Source: Alphaproteobacteria bacterium
GTDB taxonomy: Bacteria > Pseudomonadota > Alphaproteobacteria > UBA828
Direction: 5' to 3'
Assembly (NCBI GenBank): GCA_963422645.2
Contig: CAXXVO010000002.1
Location: forward strand, 1-64,000
Length of the DNA stretch: 64,000 nt
This document shows positions 1 to 10,940 of the stretch, piece after piece (the first letter of the stretch is position 1; each line of letters opens with the position of its first letter). Position numbers and translations under genes: made by a program. The notes under the pieces are model-generated. The model did no database searches, had not been told where the DNA came from, and saw only the letters and a program-made list of their open reading frames with translations.

Positions 1-1
1 C

Positions 2-1579
2 GACTTTTCCGTAATTCCAATGACGGATCGTTGGGAGTCTATGCAGATTGGGACTGGTCTAACCTATGTCGTGCAAACGGCTCCTACAGCGATCCAACGC
101 TGCATCTTGATGACGACCGATCCGGGCGATCTCGTATTGGACCCGACATGCGGCTCTGGCACCGCGGCCACCGTTGCCGAGCAGTGGGGCCGGCGCTGGA
201 TCACCATCGACACCTCCCGCGTGGCCCTCGCGCTGGCGCGGGCGCGCATCATGGGCGCCCGCTACCCCTGGTATCTGCTCGCCGACAGCCCCGAAGGGCA
301 GAAGAAGGAAGCCGAGATCACGCAGCGCGCACCCTCGGAGGCACCCACCGGCGGCGACATCCGCCAGGGCTTCGTCTACGAGCGCGTGCCGCACATCACC
401 CTGAAATCCATCGCCAACAATGCCGAGATCGACGTGATCTGGGAGCGCTGGCAGGAGACCCTGGAACCGCTCCGCGCCCGGCTCAACGCCGCCCTCGGCG
501 AGACATGGGAGGAATGGGAAATCCCGCGCGAGGCGGGCGACGACTGGCCTTCCGACGCCACGGCCGCGCACGCCGCGTGGTGGGAGGCCCGCATCGCCCG
601 CCAGAAGGCTATCGACGCCTCCATCGCCGCCAAGGCGGACCACGAATACCTCTACGACAAGCCCTATGCCGACAACGCGCGCATCCGCGTCGCCGGCCCC
701 TTCACGGTGGAGAGCCTTGCGCCGCACCGGATGCTGGCGGTGGACGAGAACGACGAGCTCTTCTCAGCGCTTACCGACACGAAGCTCGGCTACGGCGAGG
801 CGCCCAACTTCACCGAGATGATCCTGGAGAACCTCAGGACGGCGGGCGTGCAGCAGGCGCACAAGGAGGACCGCATCGCCTTCACCGCGCTCACGCCCTG
901 GCCCGGCCACTATGTCTGCGCCGAGGGGCGCTACGTGGAGGGCGGCGGCGAGGCCGGCGCCACGCGCCGCGCCGGCGTCTTCATCGGACCGGAGTTCGGC
1001 ACCGTCGCACGGCCGGACCTCGTCGCCGCCGCGCGCGAGGCCGCCGACGCCGGCTTCGACGTGCTGATCGCCTGCGCCTTCAGCTACGACGCCCACGCCG
1101 CCGAGTTCGAGAAGCTCGGCCGCATCCCGGTGCTCAAGGCGCGCATGAACGCCGACCTGCACATGGCCGGCGACCTCAAGAACACCGGCAAGGGCAACCT
1201 CTTCGTCATCTTCGGCGAGCCCGATATCGACATCCTGGAGGATGGCGACGACACTATCCGGGTGCGGATCAACGGCGTGGACGTCTTCCACCCCAACACC
1301 GGCGAGGTGCGGAGCGACGGCGCCGACGGCATCGCCTGCTGGTTCGTCGACACCGACTACAACGAGGAGAGCTTCTTCGTCCGCCACGCCTACTTCCTCG
1401 GCGCGAACGACCCCTACAAGGCGCTGAAGACGACGCTCAAGGCGGAGATCGACCCCGATGCCTGGGCTACGCTGAACAGCGACACCTCCCGCCCCTTCCC
1501 CAAACCCGACTCCGGCCGCATCGCCGTCAAGGTCATCAACCACCTCGGCGACGAGGCGATGAAGGTGTTCCGGGTGTGA
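2..1579 (+). CDS. Site-specific adenine DNA methyltransferase (type III Mod-like), C-terminal part; 5' end lies outside the window
   Basis: SAM-binding motif DPTCGSGT after 'IQRCILMTTDPGDLVLD'; C-terminal 'RIAVKVINHLGDE' is typical of this Mod-like family; frame is open to the window edge. Confidence 0.85.
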   Translation, partial: DFSVIPMTDRWESMQIGTGLTYVVQTAPTAIQRCILMTTDPGDLVLDPTCGSGTAATVAEQWGRRWITIDTSRVALALARARIMGARYPWYLLADSPEGQKKEAEITQRAPSEAPTGGDIRQGFVYERVPHITLKSIANNAEIDVIWERWQETLEPLRARLNAALGETWEEWEIPREAGDDWPSDATAAHAAWWEARIARQKAIDASIAAKADHEYLYDKPYADNARIRVAGPFTVESLAPHRMLAVDENDELFSALTDTKLGYGEAPNFTEMILENLRTAGVQQAHKEDRIAFTALTPWPGHYVCAEGRYVEGGGEAGATRRAGVFIGPEFGTVARPDLVAAAREAADAGFDVLIACAFSYDAHAAEFEKLGRIPVLKARMNADLHMAGDLKNTGKGNLFVIFGEPDIDILEDGDDTIRVRINGVDVFHPNTGEVRSDGADGIACWFVDTDYNEESFFVRHAYFLGANDPYKALKTTLKAEIDPDAWATLNSDTSRPFPKPDSGRIAVKVINHLGDEAMKVFRV

Positions 1580-1606
1580 CGCGAGCGGTGCGCAAGGAAT
1601 AGCCCC

Positions 1607-2734
1607 ATGGAACCTGGAACGATTGAAGTGGTACCGGTAGAACGGCTTCGATTGGATCGCCGGAACCCTCGTCTGATCGGTGGCGCGGAGGACTCTTCGG
1701 ACGAATCCATCATTGCCCTGCTGTACAGCAACTCAGCACTAGGCGAACTGCTCCAGTCGATGTCCACCAACGGATACCTGGACATTGAACCGTTGGTGGT
1801 CACGCCGGCATCTGAAGGCGATGAACTTATTGTGCTCGAAGGCAATCGACGACTCGCGGCACTGCGAGTGTTGCGGGACCCCGATCTGGCTGACCGGATT
1901 GCGGTATCCGAAGGTCTTCGCATCACAGTCCCCCCAATCGAAGACTCGCTACGCGAGACGTTGGATCGCGTGTCAGTCTACCTCGTCACTAACCGCGAGG
2001 AAGCCCGATCATTCATCGGATTCAAGCACATCAATGGTCCGGCCAAATGGGACGCGTATGCAAAGGCGCGCTTCGCGGCGGCTTGGTACGAAAATGAGCG
2101 GTCCAGCGGTATCGATCTGAAGGACATCGCAAACGCTATCGGCGACAAACACGACACCATAAAGCGTATGGTATCTGCCGTTTACGTGCTCGATCAGGCC
2201 GAGAGGGAAGGGCTCTACAGTTTAGAGGACCGATACTCGACAAGGTTCAATTTTTCACATCTTTATGTGGCACTGTCCCGTTCTCAGTACATGGAATATC
2301 TCGGCCTCGGAACTGGTTGGGCACGACTCGATCCAGGGCCGGACCAAGTTTCGCGAGAGAAATTCGATGAGCTTCGGAAGGTTCTTGTCTGGATCCACGG
2401 CTCGAAGGAAGACGATTCCCCGCCGGTCATACGCTCGCAGAATCCGGACATCAAGAGGCTCGGAGAAGTCCTTGCACATGCGGAAGGACGCCACATCCTG
2501 GAAGCGACGGGCGATTTGGAAGCGGCCCACGCGAGCACCGAGCCAGTAGACAGGCAATTTACAGCATCCCTGATACGTGCACGCGACGAAATACGGGACG
2601 CCGCGGGATCGCTCAGAGCGTATGACGGACGAGACCAATCGCTGCTAGACATTGCGGACGACGTCAAGGAAACGAGCGCGACCGTCTATGAACGCATGGC
2701 CAGAAAGCGACGAGAAGCGGGTGTCGCCGAATGA
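1607..2734 (+). CDS. ParB/Srx-like N-terminal domain protein
   Basis: 'LDRRNPRL' and 'VLEGNRRLAAL' ParB/sulfiredoxin-type motifs; ATGA overlap with the next gene. Confidence 0.75.
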   Translation: MEPGTIEVVPVERLRLDRRNPRLIGGAEDSSDESIIALLYSNSALGELLQSMSTNGYLDIEPLVVTPASEGDELIVLEGNRRLAALRVLRDPDLADRIAVSEGLRITVPPIEDSLRETLDRVSVYLVTNREEARSFIGFKHINGPAKWDAYAKARFAAAWYENERSSGIDLKDIANAIGDKHDTIKRMVSAVYVLDQAEREGLYSLEDRYSTRFNFSHLYVALSRSQYMEYLGLGTGWARLDPGPDQVSREKFDELRKVLVWIHGSKEDDSPPVIRSQNPDIKRLGEVLAHAEGRHILEATGDLEAAHASTEPVDRQFTASLIRARDEIRDAAGSLRAYDGRDQSLLDIADDVKETSATVYERMARKRREAGVAE

Positions 2735-3732
2735 CAGTCCACATGTGTTTTCCTATAGACGATGCAACTGGAGATAGGATCGATTTCGACCGTGTCGCCG
2801 ACTTTCTGGAACTTACGGCCTTCTTCGCGAACGATTGCAGCGCTTTAGCATCCGATATTGCAAATCAAGCCATGATCGGTGCGGGAGAAGACCATGCTGA
2901 CTTGGATGAAGAAATGCGGAAAGGCGAAGAGGAGATCATCACGGGTACGGTCGTACGGATAGAGGAGCGACAGTCTGCTCTCGATACCACATATCCTTTC
3001 GAGCTCAGCATCGATGGCAGCATCCTGACCTATGCTCCGACGCGGGCTTCCTTTGGGCAAGCGGCTTACACTCTTAGTCTCGTGCTGTCCAACCTGAGAG
3101 CCATTTCGCCGATACTCGATGGCTCCGGTGTCCATCCTGAAGACGGTGAAGTCCGAACGCTTCGGCAATACTTCCAGTACTTCGCGACAGCTGCACTGGC
3201 AGCCGAAATCCAAGGTCATGCTTGGTCGTTTGGATTCCCGCGACCGGATGGTACAGGGTTCATCGCCAAGCTGGCTGAGATTTGGCAGGTGCTTGGAGAT
3301 GGACGTGTAGAAGCCCAAATTGGAGCACCCTTGCGCCCCAAGGACGATCAGGTGGACGTATTCGCCGCACGCCCGCATCCGGATCGGCTGCCAGGATTTC
3401 CGGTAGCCGCCGCGCAGGTCGCGACCGGGAAGGACGCCCAAGACAAGTCGCTACGGGGGCATCTGGGGGCGTTCAAAGGCCGTTGGTTCGCCCAACAGCC
3501 AGTGACTGACTTCGCCCCATACATGATCGTGCCATTCGCAAGGGACAAGGATGGATTCATTGACGACGTTCGGGTGATGGGAAATGTTCTACACCGCCTG
3601 CGAGTGCCCCGTCGAGTTGCAGAAGCTGAACAACTCGTCGCGGCGAGCGTGACAATAGAAGGATACGACCACCTCGCCGATGCAGCACAGTGGGTTGAGG
3701 ACTATCGAGCGAGTGCGGAGGATGCAGCATGA
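2731..3732 (+). CDS. Hypothetical protein, possible PD-(D/E)xK-like restriction endonuclease
   Basis: 'KDDQVDVFA...AAAQVATG' resembles D-x-D...QxxxG nuclease variants; translationally coupled between the ParB-like gene and the MTase. Confidence 0.5.
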   Translation: MTVHMCFPIDDATGDRIDFDRVADFLELTAFFANDCSALASDIANQAMIGAGEDHADLDEEMRKGEEEIITGTVVRIEERQSALDTTYPFELSIDGSILTYAPTRASFGQAAYTLSLVLSNLRAISPILDGSGVHPEDGEVRTLRQYFQYFATAALAAEIQGHAWSFGFPRPDGTGFIAKLAEIWQVLGDGRVEAQIGAPLRPKDDQVDVFAARPHPDRLPGFPVAAAQVATGKDAQDKSLRGHLGAFKGRWFAQQPVTDFAPYMIVPFARDKDGFIDDVRVMGNVLHRLRVPRRVAEAEQLVAASVTIEGYDHLADAAQWVEDYRASAEDAA

Positions 3733-4826
3733 GGCACCGTTTCCACTCGATCTGTCCATACTTCGCGATGTTTCCTGAGACTTTCGTCGAAAAGCATCTG
3801 GCTGCTAGTCCACATAAGGGCGTGGTCTTCGATCCGTTCTGCGGTCGTGGTACGACAGTATTCCAATCGCTTCTACAAGGCCGGAATTCGGCCGGCTGCG
3901 ATCTGAACCCGGTGGCTGCTTGCATTTCTGGTGCCAAATGCGATCCACCTGAGCGATCTGAGGTCGAGGCGCGGCTAACCGAATTGCGCCAGAATTTCCG
4001 TGGTATCGGCAGGACCGATTTCTCGGAGAACTTCAGACCGTTCTTCGAACTCTGCTTCCATGAGGACACGCTCGGACAGGTCCTGTACCTCAGATCGGAG
4101 TTCGATTGGCGCGGCCGCAAGGATGATCGATTTCTCGCCGCATTATGCTTGAGCGCATTGCACGGAGAGTCTCATCGTTCGCCCAATTATTTCAGCAATC
4201 GAATGCCCCGCACAATCAGTACGAAGCCGAGCTATTCGGTTCGATGGTGGCGGCGACATGGTTATGCGCCTCCGTCGCGCGACGTCTTCGAAATACTAGA
4301 GCGTATGATCGAGTACCGATTTCGCAGTCGCCCACCACTAAGAGCTGGCATTGTTCTTCAAATGGATGCTCGGCGCGCAGCACAAGGCTTTCCGGCGTTT
4401 ATGGGTCACGTCACCGATGTGATTACTTCACCTCCCTACCTCGACACCACAAACTACCGAGAAGACCAATGGTTGCGTCTGTGGTTCCTCGGCCACGAAT
4501 TGATGGTTTCACATGATCGTGGTGATGACCGTCACTATAGTAAAGAACTGTACTGGGAATTCCTTCGTGCTTCTTGGCAGGGTATAGGCTCACTTCTGGC
4601 CGAACAGGCCAGGTTAGTTGTCCGTGTAGGCGGTCGCCATTTTCAAAAGACTGAGCTACGAACAGGACTGCTAAAATCGCTCAAGGACGGCTTGGATCGT
4701 GATGTAAGGCTTATGGATGATGGTGTCAGTTCAGAGGTTAGAAGTACTCAAGCGACTGCGTTTAGGGGTAGCAAGACGTCGCGCCTCGTTGAACACGACT
4801 TCTGCTTTTCCACAACGGACTTATAG
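3729..4826 (+). CDS. DNA amino-methyltransferase (N4-C/N6-A, alpha motif order)
   Basis: Motif I DPFCGRGTT near the N-terminus; motif IV ITSPPY near the C-terminus. Confidence 0.85.
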   Translation: MRHRFHSICPYFAMFPETFVEKHLAASPHKGVVFDPFCGRGTTVFQSLLQGRNSAGCDLNPVAACISGAKCDPPERSEVEARLTELRQNFRGIGRTDFSENFRPFFELCFHEDTLGQVLYLRSEFDWRGRKDDRFLAALCLSALHGESHRSPNYFSNRMPRTISTKPSYSVRWWRRHGYAPPSRDVFEILERMIEYRFRSRPPLRAGIVLQMDARRAAQGFPAFMGHVTDVITSPPYLDTTNYREDQWLRLWFLGHELMVSHDRGDDRHYSKELYWEFLRASWQGIGSLLAEQARLVVRVGGRHFQKTELRTGLLKSLKDGLDRDVRLMDDGVSSEVRSTQATAFRGSKTSRLVEHDFCFSTTDL

Positions 4827-4931
4827 AAAAGGCTGAATCACCATTGCCCGCCTCCGCACTCCACACACTTGCATGGGTTTCGCATCTCACCAACGGTGTC
4901 CACGATGCTTCGTGGATGGAAACTGGCCCAA

Positions 4932-7027
4932 GTGGATTTCCGTATCGCCCACACATTCACGGATAGCCTCGCCAGGCTGACCGGGAGCGAGCAGAAGGCG
5001 GCCAAAACCACGGCCTTCGACCTGCAAATGGACCCGTCTGGGGCGGGGCTTTCGTTTCATCGGATAGACCGCGCCAAGGACCGGAACTTCTGGTCGGTCA
5101 GGGCCAGTCGGGACATTCGCCTGATCGTGCATCGAACCGAGTCCAGCGTCCTGCTCGCCTATGTCGGCCACCACGATGCCGCGTACCGGTGGGCCGAGCG
5201 GCGGCGGATCGAGCGGCATCCCAAGACTGGTGCAGCCCAGTTAGTTGGTCGAGATCCGCGAGACCGTGCGCGAGATCGAAGTTCTACCTCCTCCCGCCGC
5301 GGAAGCCGTTTCTAACTCGCGGCTTCCAGCCCAGCCCGCACTCTTCGTCGGTGCTTCTGACGATGAGCTGCTGGCCTACGGTGTACCCGAGACATGGCTG
5401 GAGGACGTGCGAGGCGCGGACGAGGACTCCTTGCTGGGCCTCGCAGACCACCTGCCGGCCGAGGCGGCGGAGGCGCTGCTGGAGCTCGCAACAGGCGGCA
5501 CGCCGGAACGGTCGGCAGACGCGGACGCCGATGCGGATCCCTTCGCACATCCGGATGCGCAACGCCGGTTCCGCCTCGTGGAGAACGCGGACGAGTTAGA
5601 ACGCGCGCTCGAGTATCCGTGGGATAAATGGACCGTATTCCTTCATCCGGCACAGCGCCGTATCGTGGAGGCTGCATACAGCGGCCCCGCCCGCGTCTCC
5701 GGTTCGGCCGGCACAGGAAAGACCATCGTCGCGCTCCATCGCGCCGTTCATCTCGCCCGCGCGCATCCCCATGCCCGGATCCTCCTGGCCACCTTCTCGG
5801 ACACGCTCGCGAACACGTTGCGCGTGCGGCTCGGGCGTCTGATCCACAATCGACCCAGCATCGCAGAGCGGCTGGAGGCGAACTCAATGGCCGGCATCGG
5901 CCGGCGCCTTTACCAGGCGAACTTCGGGGCAGCAACCTTGGTCACCGAAGGTGAGGTGCGGGCGGTGATCGACCTGGCAACCGCCGAGGTCGGGGAGCAC
6001 ACGTTCAGCCCCCACTTCCTGTGGACCGAGTGGAGCCGGGTGGTCGATGCGTGGCAGCTCGAAAGTTGGGAGGACTACCGGGATGTCATGCGGCTTGGTC
6101 GCAAGACCCGCCTGGCAGAATCTCAGCGTGCGCTGCTCTGGTCGATCTTCGCCAAGGTACGCGATGGCCTGGACGAACGAGGGTTGCTCACCGAGCCCCG
6201 CTTGTTCCGGCGTGTGGAACGGCATATCGCGGAGGGAGCGCATCCGCCGTTCGAGTTCTGCGTCATCGACGAGGCCCAGGACATCGACGTGTCGGAACTG
6301 CGCTTTCTTGCGGCCCTCGGCGGTGGCCGCCCCAACAGTCTGTTTTTCGCTGGCGATCTCGGCCAGCGCATCTTCCGCACGCCCTTCTCCTGGCACGCGC
6401 TAGGCGTCGACGTGCGCGGGCGCTCGCACACGTTGCGCATCAACTACCGAACCTCTCACCAGATACGACGGCAAGTGGACCGCTTGCTGCCGCCCGAGCT
6501 GGCCGACGTGGATGGCATCGCCGAGCGGCGCGGCGGCACCGTCTCCGCCTTCAATGGGCCCGAGCCGGACATCAGGGTTCTTGCATCGCCCGATGAGGAA
6601 GCCTCCGCCATCGCCGACTGGCTAACGGAGCTTCGGCAGGAGGGTTTTGCGCCGCACGAGATCGCCCTTTTCGTCCGATCCGAGGGTGAGATAGCGAGGG
6701 CAGAAGCAGCCGTCCATCTGGCTGACCAGAACTCGATGGTGTTGCACGAACGCTCAGACGGAGAATCGGACAGAGTGGTGATCGGCACGATGCATCTTGC
6801 CAAGGGACTGGAATTCCGGGCGGTGGCGGTCGTGGCCTGCGACGACGAGATTCTTGCCCCTGCAATCGCGCATCGAGAACGTGGCCGACGAAGCCGACCT
6901 GGAGGACACCTACAGCACGGAACGGCACCTGCTTTACGTGGCCTGCACGCGCGCCCGCGATCGTCTTCTGGTGACTGGCGTCGAGCCCGCGTCCGAGTTC
7001 CTCGACGATCTGCGGATGGAAGCGTGA
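4932..7027 (+). pseudogene. UvrD/REP-like SF1 helicase with a RelE/ParE-like N-terminal domain; two frameshifts (~5240, ~6855)
   Basis: GTG start (MDFRIAHTF); Walker A GSAGTGKT, DEAQD, GDLGQRIF, NYRT, HLAKGLEF and ERHLLYVACTRARD spread over three frames; AGTT duplication at ~5239-5246. Confidence 0.8.
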
Positions 7028-7064
7028 ACTCGTCAACTCGTCAGTGGGCGCGGCGACAACCGAG

Positions 7065-7185
7065 ATCATCGCCGCGCCAGAACCGAAAGAACGCGCGCCA
7101 GCGCGGAGCCGTCCACCTCACGGTCGACAACCACCCACGAACCGTCCGACAGCGCGATCTCCATCCGCCCCGCCGGCGGCCTGGC
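7065..7185 (-). mobile_element. Remnant of an IS66 tnpA 3' end
   Basis: Encodes RMEIALSDGSWVVVDREVDGSALARVLSVLARR*, closely similar to the tnpA end at 40553-40660. Confidence 0.7.
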
Positions 7186-7263
7186 GCCCGTGGCACTATC
7201 CGTCGGTGGCACCAACTTCAATCTGAAGGGTGGGAGAGAACGAGGCAGTTTGGAGGCAGCATT

Positions 7264-7962
7264 GTGTTGGACGAACTAACGGAAGTCGCGATCCTACACA
7301 CCATCCAGAAATTTCGTGAACTGGGACGAGACGGATTCTTCGGTCATCATGGTGTCAGACAGCGGGCCAAGAGCTCGTTCATTCGTTACGAAGGCCAACT
7401 ATATGACCTCAAGGCCATCGCTCGCGTAGCTCTTGGCGTCCCCCAAGGACCCTTTCCTCATCGGGACCGGGTAAGGGAGGCCGTCGAAGGACTTGACTTC
7501 GAAGTCATCGTTGTTCGTCAGTCGGAATCGAGCGTATTGCGGCGCAAGGGTCGAGGTGAATTGCCGCGGCAATCTGATCCAGATCGGAAGGCTGAAATTG
7601 AGAAGGCAGCTATCGCCTATGTTGTCGAGGATTACCAGCGCAAGGGCTTTACGTGTACTTCCGTAGAAGCGGACAACAAAGGCTGGGATCTAGAGTGCAC
7701 GCGCGGTCGGACCAGGTTACTTGTCGAAGTTAAAGGTTGCTCAGGAACAGCGGCCCAAGTTGAACTCACGCCAAACGAGTACCGGTCAATGCGATGTCGC
7801 AAGAAGCAGTATCGTCTAGCGGTAGTCACGAGTGCGTTGGACGATCCTGGATTGTCAATAGTTCGGTTCAAGAACGAAGCTTGGCGTGATCGACATGGCC
7901 GGGAAGTAGAGCTGGAGGAAAGAACAGGAGCGCGAGTTACGATGAACGGCGACGCACCATGA
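7264..7962 (+). CDS. DUF3883 (PD-(D/E)xK) nuclease with a ScoMcrA-like N-terminal domain
   Basis: GGAGG RBS then GTG/TTG start; N-terminal 'AILHTIQKFRELGRDGFF...YDLKAI'; C-terminal 'IEKAAI...NKGWDL...VEVKG...LTPNEY'. Confidence 0.7.
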   Translation: MLDELTEVAILHTIQKFRELGRDGFFGHHGVRQRAKSSFIRYEGQLYDLKAIARVALGVPQGPFPHRDRVREAVEGLDFEVIVVRQSESSVLRRKGRGELPRQSDPDRKAEIEKAAIAYVVEDYQRKGFTCTSVEADNKGWDLECTRGRTRLLVEVKGCSGTAAQVELTPNEYRSMRCRKKQYRLAVVTSALDDPGLSIVRFKNEAWRDRHGREVELEERTGARVTMNGDAP

Positions 7963-8066
7963 TGGAAACGAACGATGTATCTGATCCAGGCTTGGTGGTT
8001 CACGCCGCACCCAGGCGTTCAGCGCATCGCGGCGGCCCGTCGTCGGATCATTCCCGCTTCCCGGCC

Positions 8067-9212
8067 TCACCCTGCCACTGCGGCGATGCGGCTTGCAATC
8101 CGATTTGCGGCGGACTTGACGGGATCGTTGGCGAGGTGGGCGTAGCGGGCGGTGGTCTGGACCTGGGTGTGCCCGAGAAGCTTGCCGATCATGGGCAGGC
8201 CCTCGCCGACCAGCAGTCCGCCGCTGGCGAAGCTGTGGCGCAGGTCATGGATCCGCACATCGTCGAGACCAGCGCGCTCTCTGATGCGCCTCCATGGGTG
8301 CTGCAAATCGGTCAGGTGGCTCCCCGGCTTGCGTCCCGCGATCACCCACGGGTTGTCTTCCTGCTTCTTTATCCCCCGCAAGACGGCGATGGCGGGGTCG
8401 CCGAGATGCACCACCGTGGCTCCAGTCTTCGAATCCGGCAGCCTCAACTCCCCGGCATCGAGATCGACATGCTCCCACCGCAGCTTCTGGATCTCCGACA
8501 GCCGGCACCCGGTCAACATCAGCAGACGTATCGCGGCAATGGCGGAGGCCGCCTCCGAGTGCTCCTGCTCGATCTCCTTCAGCGCCGCGCCCAGGCGCTG
8601 GTACTCCTCATCCGACAGGAACCGCTCCCGCTTCTCCTCCTTGAACCGCTTCACATGCCGGCAGGGGTTCGAACCGTCCGGCCGCAGCTCCCACAGCTCG
8701 GCGAGGTTCATCATCTTCGACAGCACACCCAGCGTTCGGTTGGCCTGATAGGGGGTGTCGCGCATGTTGTGATGCAGTGCGGCGATGTCGCTCCGCTGAA
8801 TGTCCGGCACCCGCAGCTTGCCGATGCGGGGGTCGATGAACAGCTCGATTGAGCGGCGGTACTCCTCCGCCGTGCTCGCCTTGCAATGATCAGGAACGTA
8901 TTCCTTGAGGAACCGTTTCCCCAGATCACGCATGGTCGGTGCCCCGGACCTGCGCCCCGCAGGGTTCTTCCCGGCCCTCGCGTCAGTGATGATCTCTGCG
9001 GCCCGCACGCGGGCAAGGGTAGCGGAAACGGCCGTGCACGGCCCGATGGTCATCTTGATGGCCCGGCCGCGGTGGCGCGTCTTGACGATGAAGACCTTGC
9101 GCCCGGAGGGATGGACCCTCACCCCGAAGCCCTTGAGTTCGTCGTCCCAGACGACGCGCTCGCGCTCGTGGGGCTTGAGGGCATCGACGGTGCGCTTGGT
9201 GATCCTGGGCAT
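8067..9212 (-). CDS. Tyrosine recombinase/integrase with an N-terminal arm-binding (DUF4102-like) domain
   Basis: 'WDDELKGFGVRV'; catalytic residues in GCRLSEI, SKTG, HDLRH, LLGH, TARY. Confidence 0.92.
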   Translation of the reverse strand: MPRITKRTVDALKPHERERVVWDDELKGFGVRVHPSGRKVFIVKTRHRGRAIKMTIGPCTAVSATLARVRAAEIITDARAGKNPAGRRSGAPTMRDLGKRFLKEYVPDHCKASTAEEYRRSIELFIDPRIGKLRVPDIQRSDIAALHHNMRDTPYQANRTLGVLSKMMNLAELWELRPDGSNPCRHVKRFKEEKRERFLSDEEYQRLGAALKEIEQEHSEAASAIAAIRLLMLTGCRLSEIQKLRWEHVDLDAGELRLPDSKTGATVVHLGDPAIAVLRGIKKQEDNPWVIAGRKPGSHLTDLQHPWRRIRERAGLDDVRIHDLRHSFASGGLLVGEGLPMIGKLLGHTQVQTTARYAHLANDPVKSAANRIASRIAAVAG

Positions 9213-9410
9213 GGCGATATTCCTTGCGTCCCGACCTCAGGTACCCTATAGGTACCTACGAAAAGCAAACTCAGGGGTGTTCTAGACCGCTCCGCACTGC
9301 GAAGGAAGCGCAGAAACACAAGGAAAATCGTAACTGCCCAGGTCTGATTCGGCCGAGCACTCACACTTGATGGATTGCTGATTCTGGTTTGGTGGTGCTG
9401 ACGCGAGCTT

Positions 9411-10940
9411 TCAGAAGCGCAGTTGCGGGATCAGCTGGATGGGACCGGGGTGCGCCAGCGTTTCGAGGACATTCCAGCCTTGCTTTCGGGCGGTGGCGAT
9501 GACGGAGCGCAGGTTGGCGAAGTCGCAGGCGCCTTGCATCGAGCGGAAGCCGCCTGAGATTTTCTGGCGCAGCTTGCCCATTCGGAGGTCGCGCTCGGCC
9601 TCGTTATTCGAGAACGGAGTTCGCGGGTCGGTGAGGAAGCGCAGGCACCCTTCCTTGTACTTCTGGAGCCGGAGCGCGAGGTTGTGACCGATGCGGCGCT
9701 TTTTTCGTCCGCGCTTTCCGCTCTGGAGCGGCGGCATCTCTTCGTGAGAGGTGATGGCCCGCTCGAGGATGCGTTCCCAGGCTTGCGAGATGCGGGCCAC
9801 CAGTGAGGCGGGCAGGTCGCGGTCGTTCTCACGGGCGAAGCGGGCGGCTCTGTGGGCGCGGGTGAGGAGCCGGTGCGTGCTCGTTGCCCAGTCTTCCTTC
9901 TCGATCTCGATCAGGGCCTGGAGCTCACGCAGGTGATGGGCGTTGCAGGCCCCGTGGCGCACGCCCTCGAGAGCGAAGTAGGAGGCGTAATCGTCATGAA
10001 TGACGATGCCATTGAGCTCCTCGTCGAAATGGCTGCGCCCGGTAGCGATGCGCAGGATGGTGAGCAACGGGGTGCACAGCACATGGAGCCAATGGGTCCG
10101 GGCGGCGATGCGTATGCCGGTCTCGTCGAGGTGTTTGACCGGGACTGCGGTGCGGATGATCTCTGCGACACGATCGAGGAAACCCTCGAAGCGCCGGGCG
10201 GTGCGCCTGCCCATGGCGGCGATGGTGGCTGTTGAGAGCTTCACCGCGAAGAGGTCGCTCATGACCTCGGCGACGCGCTTCTCGGGAATGAACTGGGCGT
10301 GCAACAGGTAGGTCACCCACGCGGTGATGCGCGGCCCGTACTGGACCGGGGCTCTCACGCCGTTCGGGAACACGGCTGTCGTCACGGCGCCGCAGGCGGC
10401 GCAGAGGCAGCGATGACCGCGATGTTCGGTGACCTCGAGGGGCTGCGGCTCGGGCACATCGAAGACCTGCCGACAGACGGGGTCAGCGTCCGACAGCGGC
10501 GCGCCGCAGCCTGCACAGGCGGACGGATCATGATCCACGGAGTGGTCCGGGTTCTCGGTCCACGCCAAGGTGGTTCCCTTGTGGCCCGGCTGGCCGCCAC
10601 TGGGCTTGGCGGACTTGCCGCGCTGGCTGCGGGTGCGCTTCTTCTGGGTTCCGCTCTTCTTTCCCAGGCCGTCGCTGGCTGGCGGCTTGGAGCTGGTGGT
10701 GCTGTCGAGCGCGGCGCTGCGCTCGAGTTCGGCGATCCGTTCGCGCAAGCTGGCGTTCTCCCGCTCGAGCGCGTCATTCTCCTTGACCAGCGCCGCGCTC
10801 AGGCGCAGCAGCCCCTGGCCCCATTCCCGGATGGCTTTGACGGCGGTCATTGCGAAGGATTGTGGGGTGAGAAGGTCCTGCAGGCACGCGAAGGCCTCGT
10901 CGTGGGCAGCGAGGTCCTCGTGCCAGCGCGACACTGTCAC
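9411..10940 (-). CDS. IS66-family transposase (ISBst12-like)
   Basis: Coiled coil, 'SSKPPASDG', 'GGQPGHKG', Zn finger, HLDETG, 'NNEAERDLRMGK'; GTG start overlaps the MTase stop. Confidence 0.9.
   Translation of the reverse strand: MTVSRWHEDLAAHDEAFACLQDLLTPQSFAMTAVKAIREWGQGLLRLSAALVKENDALERENASLRERIAELERSAALDSTTSSKPPASDGLGKKSGTQKKRTRSQRGKSAKPSGGQPGHKGTTLAWTENPDHSVDHDPSACAGCGAPLSDADPVCRQVFDVPEPQPLEVTEHRGHRCLCAACGAVTTAVFPNGVRAPVQYGPRITAWVTYLLHAQFIPEKRVAEVMSDLFAVKLSTATIAAMGRRTARRFEGFLDRVAEIIRTAVPVKHLDETGIRIAARTHWLHVLCTPLLTILRIATGRSHFDEELNGIVIHDDYASYFALEGVRHGACNAHHLRELQALIEIEKEDWATSTHRLLTRAHRAARFARENDRDLPASLVARISQAWERILERAITSHEEMPPLQSGKRGRKKRRIGHNLALRLQKYKEGCLRFLTDPRTPFSNNEAERDLRMGKLRQKISGGFRSMQGACDFANLRSVIATARKQGWNVLETLAHPGPIQLIPQLRF

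Noticed and set aside
5245-7962. 905-aa helicase-DUF3883 fusion in the ORF track
   Set aside because: It arises from the frameshift at ~6855; the true helicase ends at 7027, and the read-through crosses an IS66 remnant before a separate gene with its own RBS
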